A stretch of 64,000 nt of DNA, from the NCBI GenBank assembly GCA_035084275.1, contig CM068743.1:130696001-130760000 (forward strand), written 5' to 3'. Of this stretch, positions 12,721-25,008 are shown one piece after another; within the stretch, counting starts at the first letter, position 1, and each line of letters begins with the position of its first letter. The notes under the pieces were generated by a model. That model saw only the letters and a program-made list of their open reading frames with translations, did no database searches and was not told the DNA's origin. The DNA is from Hydrolagus colliei. Taxonomy: Eukaryota. Made by a program: the position numbers and the translations under genes.

Positions 12721-15276
12721 AAATATACAGTACTGTATATTTCTTTATGCAATTGGGCTGCTTCATTCACCACCAATTGCAATGTCATGCAACGTCAGAG
12801 TAAATCCTGGGAAGCGCTCTCAGATGTACTCCTGACATGAAAGGCGCTATACCAAATTAAGGATTATTATTACAACATTTGGGTAGCATAATACAGTATT
12901 ATGCTCAGCATTTTATGTGCAAAATATTAAAGCATTGAAAATTCAGTTTTTATCTGTCTTGTTTTTTAAGCAGTAAGAAGATAAATATGTGGTCTTAAAA
13001 CCATAGGTTTAGAAGATTTATTTTTTCTCTCTTTTGCCCCCCCCCCCCCCCGAGGGTGGCAGCTATTTGAAACAGGATCTATAATGTAGTGAAGCCTTTA
13101 AAAAGGACCTGGATCAATATTGTGACATAAGAATAGTAACAACTGTGCTTGATCATCATGGGGTTAGGAAAAAGAGCAGGAGCCAAGGGATTAATTGAAG
13201 GAGAGGCAAGGGAATTGGTAATCATAATGGGCAAGCAGCACAAAGTTTATCAGTACTTTTGCATCATTTCAGCTGGCTAATTTTTATTAGTGTAACAACT
13301 GTGCACTTTGGGGTCCCTTAATGCCTTGGCTCACACCAGCCGCACTACAGGTATATAGAGGGGAAAAGAGATTACCAGTATGCACTCCCAAAATGACAAA
13401 ATTGCTTCTCTGCAATTTCAGTCATTGGAATTGTAGTCCCTCACAAATGACAAGGGATTTCTGTGTGTATTCGGCTGCCAGATGACCAAAAAGAGAAGAA
13501 ACCCAATTGCATTTCCCTACTCATCATGTTATTGAAATTGTAAATTATTGAGTAGGTAAGCGTTGGGTGCACAGGTATGACTCAGTTTGTATAAAACCAT
13601 GCTACTGCAGAGGTATGAAACCTAGTTAAAGGTGAGAATTTTTAACTTTTGTTATTTTATGTTTTCCAAGTTTCCCTTCAGTCATCTTTAAGCAGAAAAA
13701 AAAACAAGCATGTTTAATTGAATCTTCATAACTTAGTCCTTTGAGTCTTGGAATAATCATTATCCTTTGAGCTCTTCCAGTGCATCTGTGTCATTTTGAT
13801 AAATGATGACTGCATAATACAACTTGTTGTGACTTGTAATCCGAAGCTCTTACAATGCCTCCCTGCAGTTGACTTGCTTTGTTTACAACAACTTCACTGA
13901 CTAGATAAGGCATTATCAATGACCATGCCCAAAACAGCTTTCATGACTAATGGATAGCATTGCATGATATACGTAGAGTTCTGATGAAGGGTCATAGCTT
14001 TCTTTAGTTTCAGATGATGAAAGACCACTTATGGAATTCCAATATTTCCTATCTATTACATATGCTAACCATTTCCTTTTGCTAACCGTATTACCTTACA
14101 TTTATCTAAATTAAAATCCATTCTCAACCCATTCAATTAATCAAAATCTTCCTAAATATTATAAATATGATCTCTGCTTTTTTACCTGGCCTCATGGGTT
14201 TGTGTTATTGTTCAGTTTTACCAGATCTACCTAATTCATACATTGTGTGAAAAGCAAGAAAACTATGACATTATGGACCTCCACTGGATGCTGCTTCTCC
14301 TAAGCAGACTGTTGCCATTGATGAAAACCACCTACCCTTCAAAGCCAGTTTTCAATCCATTTGCAGAATGCATCTATTCCATGTATCCCAATCCCCCTTA
14401 CAAGTCTTGCATGATTAACTTTATCAAACACCTTTTTATATAAAATAATCCAAGTCAGCTATAACCAACTGGATAATTTACATCCATTATCTTTGTTATT
14501 GCCTCATGGTAGGCATGACCAATGACATCTAATGTTGACAAACACTGGAAAAAAGTGATACTATAAATGATTATGGTTTACATCTTGTAAATATCTTGTA
14601 CAAAAAGTCCAAATACCATTACAATGCTGAATAAGTCTTAAAAAAAGATTTAAAAAAAATTGAATAGGCTAGCTGAAAAATGAAACTTGCTAGTTACCAT
14701 GTACTGTATAATGTTCTTGAGCATTTTTCTCACTATGCAGTTTACCTCTTTTGTGAATATTTGTTATTCTTCAGCACTGCCCCAGTAATCAGATGAAAGG
14801 TTTACATTTTAATAGAACCATATCTTGTCAAAGTGGCTTGAATGGCTTCTTATGTAATTATTCTTGTGAATTGTGGTAGGGAAAAAAGCAGCAGCCTTTT
14901 ACATCAGGTAATAATTAAAATTTTTATCTGCATTCCCCTTATGTCCTTCAGTTGCCTTCCTCCTGAAGCTGTTGTCAGAAATGTCATTGCAAGCTATTTG
15001 AAAGAAAACCTTTTTAGGTTCATCTCTTCAGCTGTGCTAGACTTTATTTTGCATGTAGCAGGATTAGCAGAGGTGGCGAAGACATAGCACTTCACTGCCA
15101 TTTGAAAAATAATACTACACTCTGCCTCTGAGTCAGAATATGGAAATCAAGCTCCACAGCAGAACTTGGAACTCATAGTCGGAGCTGACACTCCAAAGCA
15201 GTCCTGGGGGTGTCACTACTGGAGGTGTTGTCCTTTGGCTGAGATGTTGAGGATCCCATGGAATTACTACAGTAAA

Positions 15277-15780
15277 CAACAACAAAATTACACTTGTATA
15301 GCGCCTTTCACGTCAGGAGGGTGTCACAAGGCGCTGGACGGTCATTGTTTCAGACCCGAGCTGGGGACAGGGAAAGGGAGGGATTTGGAGTGGCCAATGA
15401 GACCATTGAAGAGAAGGGTGTTGAGGCAGGACTTGAAGGAGGCCAGGAAGGGGCAAGGTGGAGGGACTGCGGGATGGAATTCCAGAGTTGGGGGCCAGAG
15501 TGGCTGAAGGATCGCCCGCCAACGGTGGGGTAAGTAGGTCGGGGAACGCGGTTCAGGCCAGAATGTGGGGCTTGTTGAGCGGAGGGGCGAGGAGGTCGCG
15601 GATGTAGGGTAGGGCGAGGCCATGGAGGGCTTTGAATGTGAGGACCAGGATCTTGAATTAGATCCTCTGGATGATGGGTAGCTAATGAAGTCGAGCAAGG
15701 ATGGGAGAAATGGGGTCACAAAGCTTGCAGCGGTGGAGGACACGGGCTGCAAAATTCTGGATTATCTGCACCCCATGGAG
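15277..15780 (-). mobile_element. L2 LINE 3' fragment
   Basis: (CAA)n then AAATTACACTTGTATAGCGCCTTTCACG; reverse complement of the L2 3' region. Confidence 0.8.
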
Positions 15781-17576
15781 GGAGTAAACCCACCGATTAC
15801 TGGATTCTGTGTCTTTGGAATTCTAACCAAGCCCCAAAGTGAATTTTTTTTTAAAAAAAATTCAACAGGACGAAACACAGACCTATGTGTAGAATACTGT
15901 CAGTTCAACTCTTCCAACATGCACCAACACTACGCTCAGCAGCTCATTTCGTTCCCACAGCTTTGCACCTCACCATTCTTGCTAGTCTTTTGTGGTGGCT
16001 GTCCTTCGCGGTGACTGCTAAATGTAAGCATGATTTGGTGAGCTAGGAGGAGTTTTTTTTAAATGCAGTTCCGGTAAAGCATAACCAGCAGTAATCACAC
16101 TTGGCCATAAATTCTGGTACCCCAAGTCACATCTCCTCCACCAAATTTGTCTGGCTAGTCAGCATTTTAGTGTAGTTTTCTTCTTTGAAAATGGAAAGGA
16201 GATTCTCCTGGTGGCCTAATTCGCAGTTTCTCATATAAAACTCATCCACCCAGTCTGTTTGTGGGATATTGCAGTGTGCTGATTGGTTGCTGCATTCACC
16301 CACAAAACACAATCACTCAACTTTGCAGGATATCCTGTGAAATTCTTTGAGATGCCTTCCTTGCATGCGAGACTCTACACCAAATGTAATGGTTATTATA
16401 ATTAGCCAGTCTCTACCCCCAACTGAAACCGCTGGACCATCTGCTCTTCATGTGTGGCACAAAACTTTGTGTTTTTATGGCTCCATATCAGAAGAGAACA
16501 TTGAGCTCTCGAGATGTGCTGTTCTATTAGATTTTACAGATCTCACCACTAACAAAGACTATTCTGCCTGTGATGGCTGCGTCTACCCAGGTTCCATTCC
16601 CACAGCTAATGTGTACTTTTGGGATAATGTTTTTTTGCTGTACATGTGTAACAAACTTTATTGTGTACTTTGTATTTCGGAGATACATACTCAATTTATC
16701 ATATTCTTATTTGTGCTGTTTTGTATCAGAGACAGAGTAGAGGAAATAAAATATTTACCAGCAAAAATCTCTGACCAAATAAAAGCTGGAAAATGTACTA
16801 GCAAAGATAAAAGTCAAGCGTGGGATTTTTTAAAATCTTTCTCTGTAATACATCTACATTAGTGTTTTAAAGCCACTTAATGATGGGATTAAAACCTACA
16901 TTTTAGTGATTTTCTTGGCCACTACTAACCTTTGCAGGATTTTTCAAAAATTGTCATATGAATACTGAAAGGTTGAAACCTGATTTAAAAAGTTACGATG
17001 TTGCTTTTAAAAAAAGCCTCTTAACTGACATTCAATGTTGATCAGTGCTTTCATGATCCTATTAATTACTTGAAATTACTTGAAGCACAGCCGTGACATT
17101 GTTATGTCATAATATAAGAGTTCTATAGATAATATCTGAACCTGGTTGAGTTCAATGCTTCAACTAGGGCCTACTGAAGAACACAAATAGGTGTGTAAAT
17201 CTCCTTGATAACAAACGATTGTAGAGCAGTTTAGTGGAATATAGTATAATTTTGGTTCATAGAATTATTCCTCATATCCTTTCGTACTGTTTTAGCACAA
17301 TAAATTTACATGCATTTGTCAAATGAATAAGCAAATCATTGAATTACATGGTTTTTGATTGTCCCAACAATAAAAAGTTATATTCTTTTGCATAACAGAT
17401 AACTGTGCCTTGGGACATCCTCCCGATGTGATAGTTGCTCTATAAATGTAATTTTGTGGTTGTTGTTGTTTGCTGATAACTAGTTTTATTTCTGCTCTTC
17501 TAAGACTAAAGATTAATTCCTAGGCTTATTAATTTAGAATGGGAAAAATCACTTGTATTTTGTAACAAGCAATGCA

Positions 17577-17880
17577 AATAATAATAATAAATAATAATAA
17601 TTCTTGCATTTGGTATAGCGCTTTTCACGACGTGTAGGCATCTCAAAACACGGAATATACTGTAAAATGAATTGACTGTACATATGTGGGCGAAACACGG
17701 CAGCTAATTGCCTACATCAGTGTCCTACAAACAATCATGGATTGAAATTACCAATTTTTCTAGGGATTATTATTAGGCATGCTGAGTAAGGAAACTTGCC
17801 CAAGGTGTCACCCTGTGTGGAATTGAAACCAGGTCTCTTGCTTGTAAGGCGAGTGCTCTAACCACTGAACTACAGGTCTC
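17577..17880 (-). mobile_element. tRNA-derived SINE, full-length copy
   Basis: Reverse complement of the 29823-30131 family. Confidence 0.8.
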
Positions 17881-20726
17881 TACAAATTCACTAAAGAATA
17901 ATAAAATAATAACAATCTAAAGTCTGCTTTTAAAGGTAACCTAGTATGATCATTTAAATAAATGAAACGTGATTCAGTCTAAATGCATGGAACTTTGCAT
18001 TCTCCTTTACTAGCAGGCTCCTGATACTGAACTCATAATTATAGATAAACTAGCTCATCTGCTTCCAAAAGTTTCCAATCAGCAGTCTTATCTGGTATTA
18101 TAAGAAAGTGTGCAAACTGTATTTTTTTTAAAAAACTACATGCCCAGGTTTCCCGAATATATAGGTTTTTGTTTGTTCTTATTAACCAAATTTAAAAATG
18201 ATCATAAGAGAAGTTTAGTCAGAGCTGAAAAGCACCAAACGATTAGATGGAACTGTTTTGCAGGCGTCTAAGGTGATGCAACCAACTTCCCCATCTTGTG
18301 AAACTGTCGTGTAGTATAAATGAGTAGATTTACCAACAGGGAGTCATTACTCTCAATGAACAGATTTGTATTCTGACTTGGATCTGAGCATAAACAAGGG
18401 ATTGGAGACTTGACAAGCTGGGGAGGCTGCCAACTTTCACTAGTATCTGGCTGTGGTACTGGATGAATGCAAGGTTTTCAGCTTATGAGGTCTAAAAATT
18501 CTGGCAGGGCTGTTTTTCTTTTACTATACTATCTGCACGTATTAGACTGACATTAATAGACCTAGACTATGAGCTCAACCTCTACCTAGCAGTGTTTGTC
18601 ATGTTGACGTAAGCTTATATATTCTAGGCTCCCACTTCAGTGCACTACTGGGGAATTGCTACATTGTTAGAGATGCTGCCTTTCAGAAGGTATGTTAAAT
18701 CAAAGCCCTGACTGCCTTTTCCAGTAGATGTTAGTGATTTAACATCACTGTTTACAAGTGAAGAGATTTTCTTCCAATGTCCTAGCCACCAGTCCATTGG
18801 TTTTTCATGTTATGGTTGTTATACACACATGGCTAACATGTTTGTCTTAAGAATGCAAGTTACTACACTTGAAAGTAGTTGCATGTGAAACATCTTTGGA
18901 TGTTTCAACATGGCAAGGGTTGTTATCAGACTAATGGCCTACGTTTGATGCATGTATAATAATAATCCTTGCATATGAATAGCACTTTTTATGTCTTCTA
19001 GACATCTCAAAGCACTTCACAGAATATACTATAAAGTGAATTGACTGTATATTCGTGGGTGAAATCTACATAAATCTGAAATAGTTCTAGCAATGTTTCT
19101 TCTCCAACAGTTGTCCAACAAACCAAAAGTTGTTACCAACACTGGAAAAAAAACAATCTTTAGCAACGATAATGTGTTGAGTGCACTAGTTTTCATTATT
19201 CTGCCAAGTTATCCTTTTGTCAATAATTTTCCTTTACACTTGATTATACTGCACATGTATTTGAAGAAAAATTCTGGGGGTCTATAATCATGGAAGTGTA
19301 CAGTATTTCTAACCACAATAGTTTATTTATGTTTAATGCTGCTTAAGGCAGAAATGACACAAGGAAGATCTAACTCTTTGGAAGACATGGGGATAGTCTT
19401 AACTAGCTGCTTCAGATATTCTGGGGACTTAAATTTCCCATTTTAAACCGTTTTCTTTGTTGTGGAGTCTCAGTTCCTTCCTGTTGCAAAAGAAAATGGA
19501 AGGAGTTTGCAGGAGAAAATTGAAAAACCTATTAATGTAGTTGAAGATGCTTCACATCAATTTCTCTTCCCTCCCATCTCTTCTCAGGGCAATGATTCAT
19601 GCCAGGAAGGGGTATGATTCTATGAGTCAGACCTGTGTTACCTTACCTTATTGTGGCTGATAATTGTCCGCAGGCTGTAAAACCAGTATGTCAAAAGCCA
19701 AGGCGATTCCTGCCTCCCCACTCGTCTTTGTTCAAATGCAAACACTTTCCACCACGAGTCATGAATAAATATTGGGACTGAGAAACCAATATGATTCATG
19801 TCCCTCTCTCAACACCATGGTTCACTGAAGTTAATTAAGGTCTCTCCACTACTGCCTCTGAGATAAGCTAACTTCAATGCTAAGATCTCAGGCATTTCTG
19901 TTGGTGTAGATTCCATGCTTGTTACCAATTATTTGGTCAGACAGTATATTGTATCGAACTGAGACAACTCTATTTAAATAGTAGATAGCCAGGAGGTCTG
20001 AGTAAACCCCAAACATCTGCCCAATGCCAATGTACTAAATTGTGTACTACAAATTCAGGCTGCAAAGGAGCGAATAATTCAGTGGAAACCAGTTAGTTCT
20101 ATCTGTCATTGAATTTACCACCAAATTAAGATCTCAGCAGTCATCCGATGCCATCTGGCTTCCACTCCGCCACCCCCCACCCCACCCCCCCACCACCACC
20201 ACCACCCAATCCATCTTTAATTCCCCAATATTTTACGCAGGTATGTTTTCAACACTTTGCCTTTAACCAACAAACAAGAGAAAGAATTCTGCCTGGCACT
20301 GCCATGAGGCTATATTAAGGAAATCTACAATTTCCTCTTTTGATTTGAGTTTACAAATGGAGTATAGTAGCTTGTTAGCAGATCACTTATATGTGGTGCA
20401 CAATATTCCTTATGCAACTCACTCTACCTTGTTTTAATTGAATAACACAAAAGCAGAGAACAGCTATCAGGATCCACTACAGATTGTTCTCTTTGAATAT
20501 GACCGCTTTATTCATTCAGTATATAGTTAATGATGAATTCCTAGTGTAATCCCAGTAATATTTCTACATTGGTAGAAATACAGGTTTGTGTTGCTGTCCA
20601 GACCCACAAAAGTTTTTTAAAAAAGCATTTACTTTTTTAAATGTTGGAGGATTTTCATGTTTCTAATCATTTTCAAAGGCTCCTATATGAACATTTGCAA
20701 GTAGAAAAAATTATATTGTTTTCCAG

Positions 20727-20934
20727 AATTTTTGAACCGGCCTTTAGAGAAATATGTAAAGAAATTGGAAGTGCCAGTTAGGATTCTGCGAATGGAACAA
20801 CGCTCTGGTCTGATCCGAGCAAGACTGAAAGGGGCAGCAGCTTCCAAAGGACAAGTGATCACATTCTTGGACGCTCACTGTGAATGCACAGTGGGCTGGC
20901 TGGAACCACTGCTGGCAAGGATTAAATTGGACAG
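20727..20934 (+). CDS. GALNT1: GALNT1 coding exon (208 bp) with the DxH Mn2+-binding motif
   Basis: ttccag|AA ... ACAG|gtaaga; [70 protein letters not shown]; phase matches previous exon. Confidence 0.97.
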
Positions 20935-22199
20935 GTAAGAGCAATCTTGTGTGTGTAAAAAAAAAAGGCTGCATGGATGAAAGGTCTTAATTAGAACTTT
21001 AGAGGTTAGTGACATTTTTTGAACTGGTTGGCTATTGCTAAATCAGAAAGAGACTAGTGAGCTGTTTCAGTCTCCAATTCAGGAAGCATCTTGTATGTTG
21101 CTACTGATTTGCAATATAGCCTTTAAAATCCCCAAATCAGCTTTTTTATCTTCAGTGTTGGTCCCACTTCAATTGCCACATCTCCTGACCTTTTATTGTA
21201 CAGAACGCATCTAATGAACTGTTAAAAGAACCATGAATTTAAATATAAATTGCATTATTAGCAAAATGCTGTATTCTTTCCTGTTTTCAATCTGTTCCAA
21301 AAAAGTTTTAGAAGAAATACGAATTATAATTCAAAAATGTTTAAGTGAACTTTAATATTTTCTGCATAGCTCATAATTTTCCTTTCAAAATTGGATCTTC
21401 TTTGAATAGTGGAACTAGTTAATGCTGAAGTTGATTTAAATAAAGCAGTCATTACCTAACCACTCTGCTCTAAACCTTGTATATAATATAACCTCAAATA
21501 TAACCTTAGCCTCTCATTGTAGCTAAAACCCATTCAACCCATGTGTTTTAGCGAATCATCACTGGACAAACCCCAAGGCTAGAACATTATAGTCTTCTTA
21601 AGAATACATGTCCCAAACTGAGCACAGTATTCCAAATGAGGGCTGATCAATAGTATAATTGGAGCAGCAACTCCTTACTTTTATATACCAGCTCTCTAGT
21701 AATCTTGTAATAAAAAATGTTTTGCCTTACTAACTGCTTTTGCAGGTACACAGTGGATTTTAATGATCGAGAACTAAACTAGAACCCCTAAATCTCTGCT
21801 CATTCCTATCTCTTAGTAGTTTGCATATAGAATGTATGCAGAATAAAAATTCTATCCAAGGTCTACTACCTGACACTTTGTAATATTTAACTTCATCTTG
21901 CATAGTTCTGTCCATTCGACGAATCTATCTAGATCTCTGATTTTCACCTGATCTCTTTACAATTTCTAATACAGGTAGACCCCGCTTAACGAAGGGGTTG
22001 GGGACTTTAAAACCCTTTGTTGTATGAAAAATTTGTTAAGCGAGAGTTTAACTGTATTACTGTATTTGGCCACAGCCAAAACGCCGCCCCGACCCTCCCT
22101 GCTAAAATCAGTTTACAGGTAGACCCCGCTTACCGAGCGCCCGGTTACCGAAACTTCACTATAACAAGGGTTTCTATTTGTATCACTTCTCCACTTAAC

Positions 22200-22474
22200 T
22201 TCTCCTTCAGTTTCTCCGCTTCCACCCTATGGAATGCCATCCCTCAATCCCTCCGTCTCGTTTCTTCCCTTTCCTCTTTCAAGGCCGGTTTGAAGACTTT
22301 CCTCTTCGATCGTGCCTTTTGTTCCACCCCAAACTCTTCTACCTCCCCTTCATGTTTTACCCCTTCCCAAACACTCCCCTCTCAGCTCGGGTCACGCGCC
22401 TCTTGTGCAGCGCCTTGGGACGTCCTCCCGACGTGAAAGGCGCTCTATAAATGTAATTTGTTGTTGTTGTTGTT
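22200..22474 (+). mobile_element. L2 LINE 3' end inserted in the inner element
   Basis: Matches the 3' end of the L2 at ~32280-32525; (TTG)n tail; TTAAC on both flanks. Confidence 0.85.
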
Positions 22475-22692
22475 AACAAAGGCTGCTTTCGCTATAACGA
22501 ATGTTGACACACACTTTAAATCTCGCGGGCTTCTCGTGCACAACTTCTCATGCGCAGCTTCTCTCTGGTTGTCCTAGCAACGCACACTCAGACTTAAGCG
22601 TGCCTCAGTTGAGCAGTGCAGTGCAGCCCCTCCCATATGGGAGGATCTTAATCAGCAGAATGCTTCGTGGCGTCAATAATAGTAAGTCGAGA

Positions 22693-23068
22693 TAGGGTCG
22701 GGGGGATAGAGAGATAGAAAGGAGGGGGGGATAGAGAGATGGGGGGGATAGAGAGGAGTGGGGGATAGAGAGGAGGTGGGGATAGAGAGGGAAGGAAGTG
22801 GGGATAGAGAGGGAGGAGAGGGGAGATAGAGAGGAGTGGGGGGATAGAGAGGAGGCGGGTATAGAGAGGGAGGGTAGGGGAGATGGAGAGGGAGGGGAGG
22901 GGGGATAGAGAGGAGGGGGGGATAGAGAGATAGAGAGGAAGTGGGGATAGAGACATGGGGTGAGGATAGAGAGGGAGGGAAGGGGGGATAGAGAGGGGGG
23001 GGGGGGTAGAGAGAAAGAGAGGAGGGGGGAGGTGTAGAGAGAAAGAGAAGAGGGGGAGGAAGAAAGAA
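22693..23068. repeat. Polypurine minisatellite (GGGGATAGAGAGGA-like units)
   Basis: Tandem degenerate G/A-rich units. Confidence 0.9.
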
Positions 23069-23397
23069 GCACGTCATGTGTCCTAAAATGCCTGGGCCCA
23101 GGTTGGGATATTTCAGTGTAGTGACTGTGAAGACCTGGCCTGGATTGGCGTTTTTATTCTTGCAATTTTTGTCACATTCTGGATTCCGGAACTCCGGACT
23201 TTTGGCTGTTCAACCTGTACACCGAAAATGTTAGCTCTAGGAATTAAACTGATGTTAGCAGGGAGGCTCGGGTCGGGCAGTTAATCTCTCGCTTAACGAA
23301 ATTTTCGCATAACAAAGGATATTAAACTCCTTAACCCCTTCGTTAAGCGGGGTCTACCTGTATTTCCTAGCAGTGATTAGCGCTAACATTTTCGGTG

Positions 23398-23863
23398 TAC
23401 GATTTGAGTGTCCAAAATCCGGAGTTCTGGAATACGGAATGTTACGGAGTACGGAATGTTACAGACTCGGGGAGGATTGGTGGCAGGATCGTCCGGAATC
23501 CGTAAAATGTTGCGGAATCCGGACACCCTGTCAAACCGTTTCCGTCGCCAGCCGGGCCCAGTGAAAAGTCAAAAAATGAAATCCAACTACTGTACAGTGA
23601 CAAACATCGCAAGAATAAAAACGCCAATCCTACCTGCTCCAGGCCAGGTTTTCACAGTCACTGCACCGAAATATCACAACCTGGGCCCAGGCATTTCCGG
23701 ACTCGGGACGGGCTTCTGGTGTTCCGAAGTCCGGAAATAGCCGAACCTGGGCTCGGGCGTTTCCGGACTTCAGACATCAGATACATGTTCCGAAGTCCGG
23801 AAAAACACGAAAACCGGCTTGGCCTCGGTCCCGAGGTTGCCGGATTCAGGACGCTCAACCTGT
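23398..23863. mobile_element. Tigger-like MITE nested within the outer element, rich in TCCGGA repeats
   Basis: Right end GGACGCTCAACCTG|TA, degenerate left end TACGATTTGAGTGTCC; inverted partial homolog at 23085-23220. Confidence 0.65.
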
Positions 23864-24228
23864 ACTAGCGAAGGCCTAAGGCAGATATAACTGCTATTGA
23901 AGGCTACACAACTTTAAATACAACAGTAAAATATTAAAATGTTAGTAAATACAACAATAAACAATAAAATAGACAGTCCTCGACTTACTATTATTGAAGC
24001 CATGAAGCAGTACAGTGCTGTCCATACCATATGGGAGGAGCTTAAGCGGCAGAATGTTGGCCAGCCAGAAAATGCTGCCCAGGAGAAGCCCACGAGATTT
24101 AAAGTGTGTGTAAACATTCGTCATAGCGAACGCAGCCTTCGTTAAGCGGAGAAGTGGTACAAATAGAAACCTTCGTTATAGTGAACCTTTGTTGACCGAG
24201 CGTTCATTAAGTGGGGTCTACCGCTTAA

Positions 24229-25008
24229 TAGGGAACGGCGATATGGGAGTTTTCCGGATATGGATATATCGGTTGGCTCATATCGAGATATACCGAAATA
24301 CCGATATTTTCCGTTTTTTCGTACTGCGCGCATCGGAGTGCGCGCGCATTCGGGGCCTATCTTCTCAGGAGATAAATATCTTTCTCTGTGTCTCTCACTC
24401 TCTCCATCTCTGTGTTTTTCTGTCTGTGTCTCTCTATGTCTCTCTCCCTCTCTCCTCTCTCACATCCCCCCCCATCTCTATTTATCTGTATATTATCACA
24501 TCCACCCTGTCTCTCCCCCCCCCCCCCCCCCACCAGCCGTCCCTCTCTCGCACCCTCCACCCCCCGTCGTCTCTCTCCCCCACCACCACCCCAGCCGTCT
24601 CTTTCTCCCTCCCCCCCCCCCCCCAGCCGTCTCTCTCCCCCTCCCCCCAGCCGTCTATCTATCTCCCCCTCACCCCCCCCAGCAGTCTCTCTTCCCCTCA
24701 CCCCCCACCCCCAGCAGTCTCTCTCCGCCTCACCCCCCCCCCCACCCACAGCCGTCTCTCTTCCCCCACCCCTTGCATACCTGTATTATGTATTCGAGGA
24801 CTATGAATACAAGATGGCGGCTTTGCACCTCGGTCTGTGTATAGAGATGAGCATTCTGGGTCTTGTAGTTGATTGTGCTCGCATCCCGATTTTTTACCTC
24901 GATATACCGTTTTTCGATATATCGGTATTTTTACAATGTCTATATCGGCATACCAATATGAAAATCATATCGGGTTTTACCGATATACCGATATATCGCC
25001 GTTCCCTA
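24229..25008 (+). mobile_element. Non-autonomous hAT-type MITE, copy 2
   Basis: Perfect 16-bp TIR TAGGGAACGGCGATAT; 8-bp TSD CCGCTTAA at 24221-24228 and 25009-25016. Confidence 0.92.

Larger units (their letters stand above)
22116..23360. mobile_element. Tc1/mariner (pogo/Tigger-like) non-autonomous element, inner copy, with GA-rich minisatellite and L2 tail insert
   Basis: TIRs CAGGTAGACCCCGCTT / AAGCGGGGTCTACCTG; TA TSD at 22114-22115 and 23361-23362. Confidence 0.85.
21972..24222. mobile_element. Tc1/mariner (pogo/Tigger-like) non-autonomous element, outer copy, interrupted by an inverted copy of its own family
   Basis: TA|CAGGTAGACCCCGCTTAACGAA left end; right end ...TTAAGTGGGGTCTACC, terminus damaged; 21972-22115 joins 23361 onward colinearly with the reverse complement of the inner copy. 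Confidence 0.8.

Noticed and set aside
10727-12732. Possible 7-bp TSD TACAGTA around the inverted CR1
   Set aside because: The 5' boundary is uncertain and the motif is common in the surrounding SINE-derived sequence
16347-16862. 171-aa ORF in the first intron
   Set aside because: Non-ATG start within a SINE tail, no recognisable domain, no splice support
23400-23860. CRISPR-like array of TCCGGA repeats
   Set aside because: Irregular short subterminal repeats of a MITE; no constant repeat-spacer period and no cas genes; eukaryotic intron
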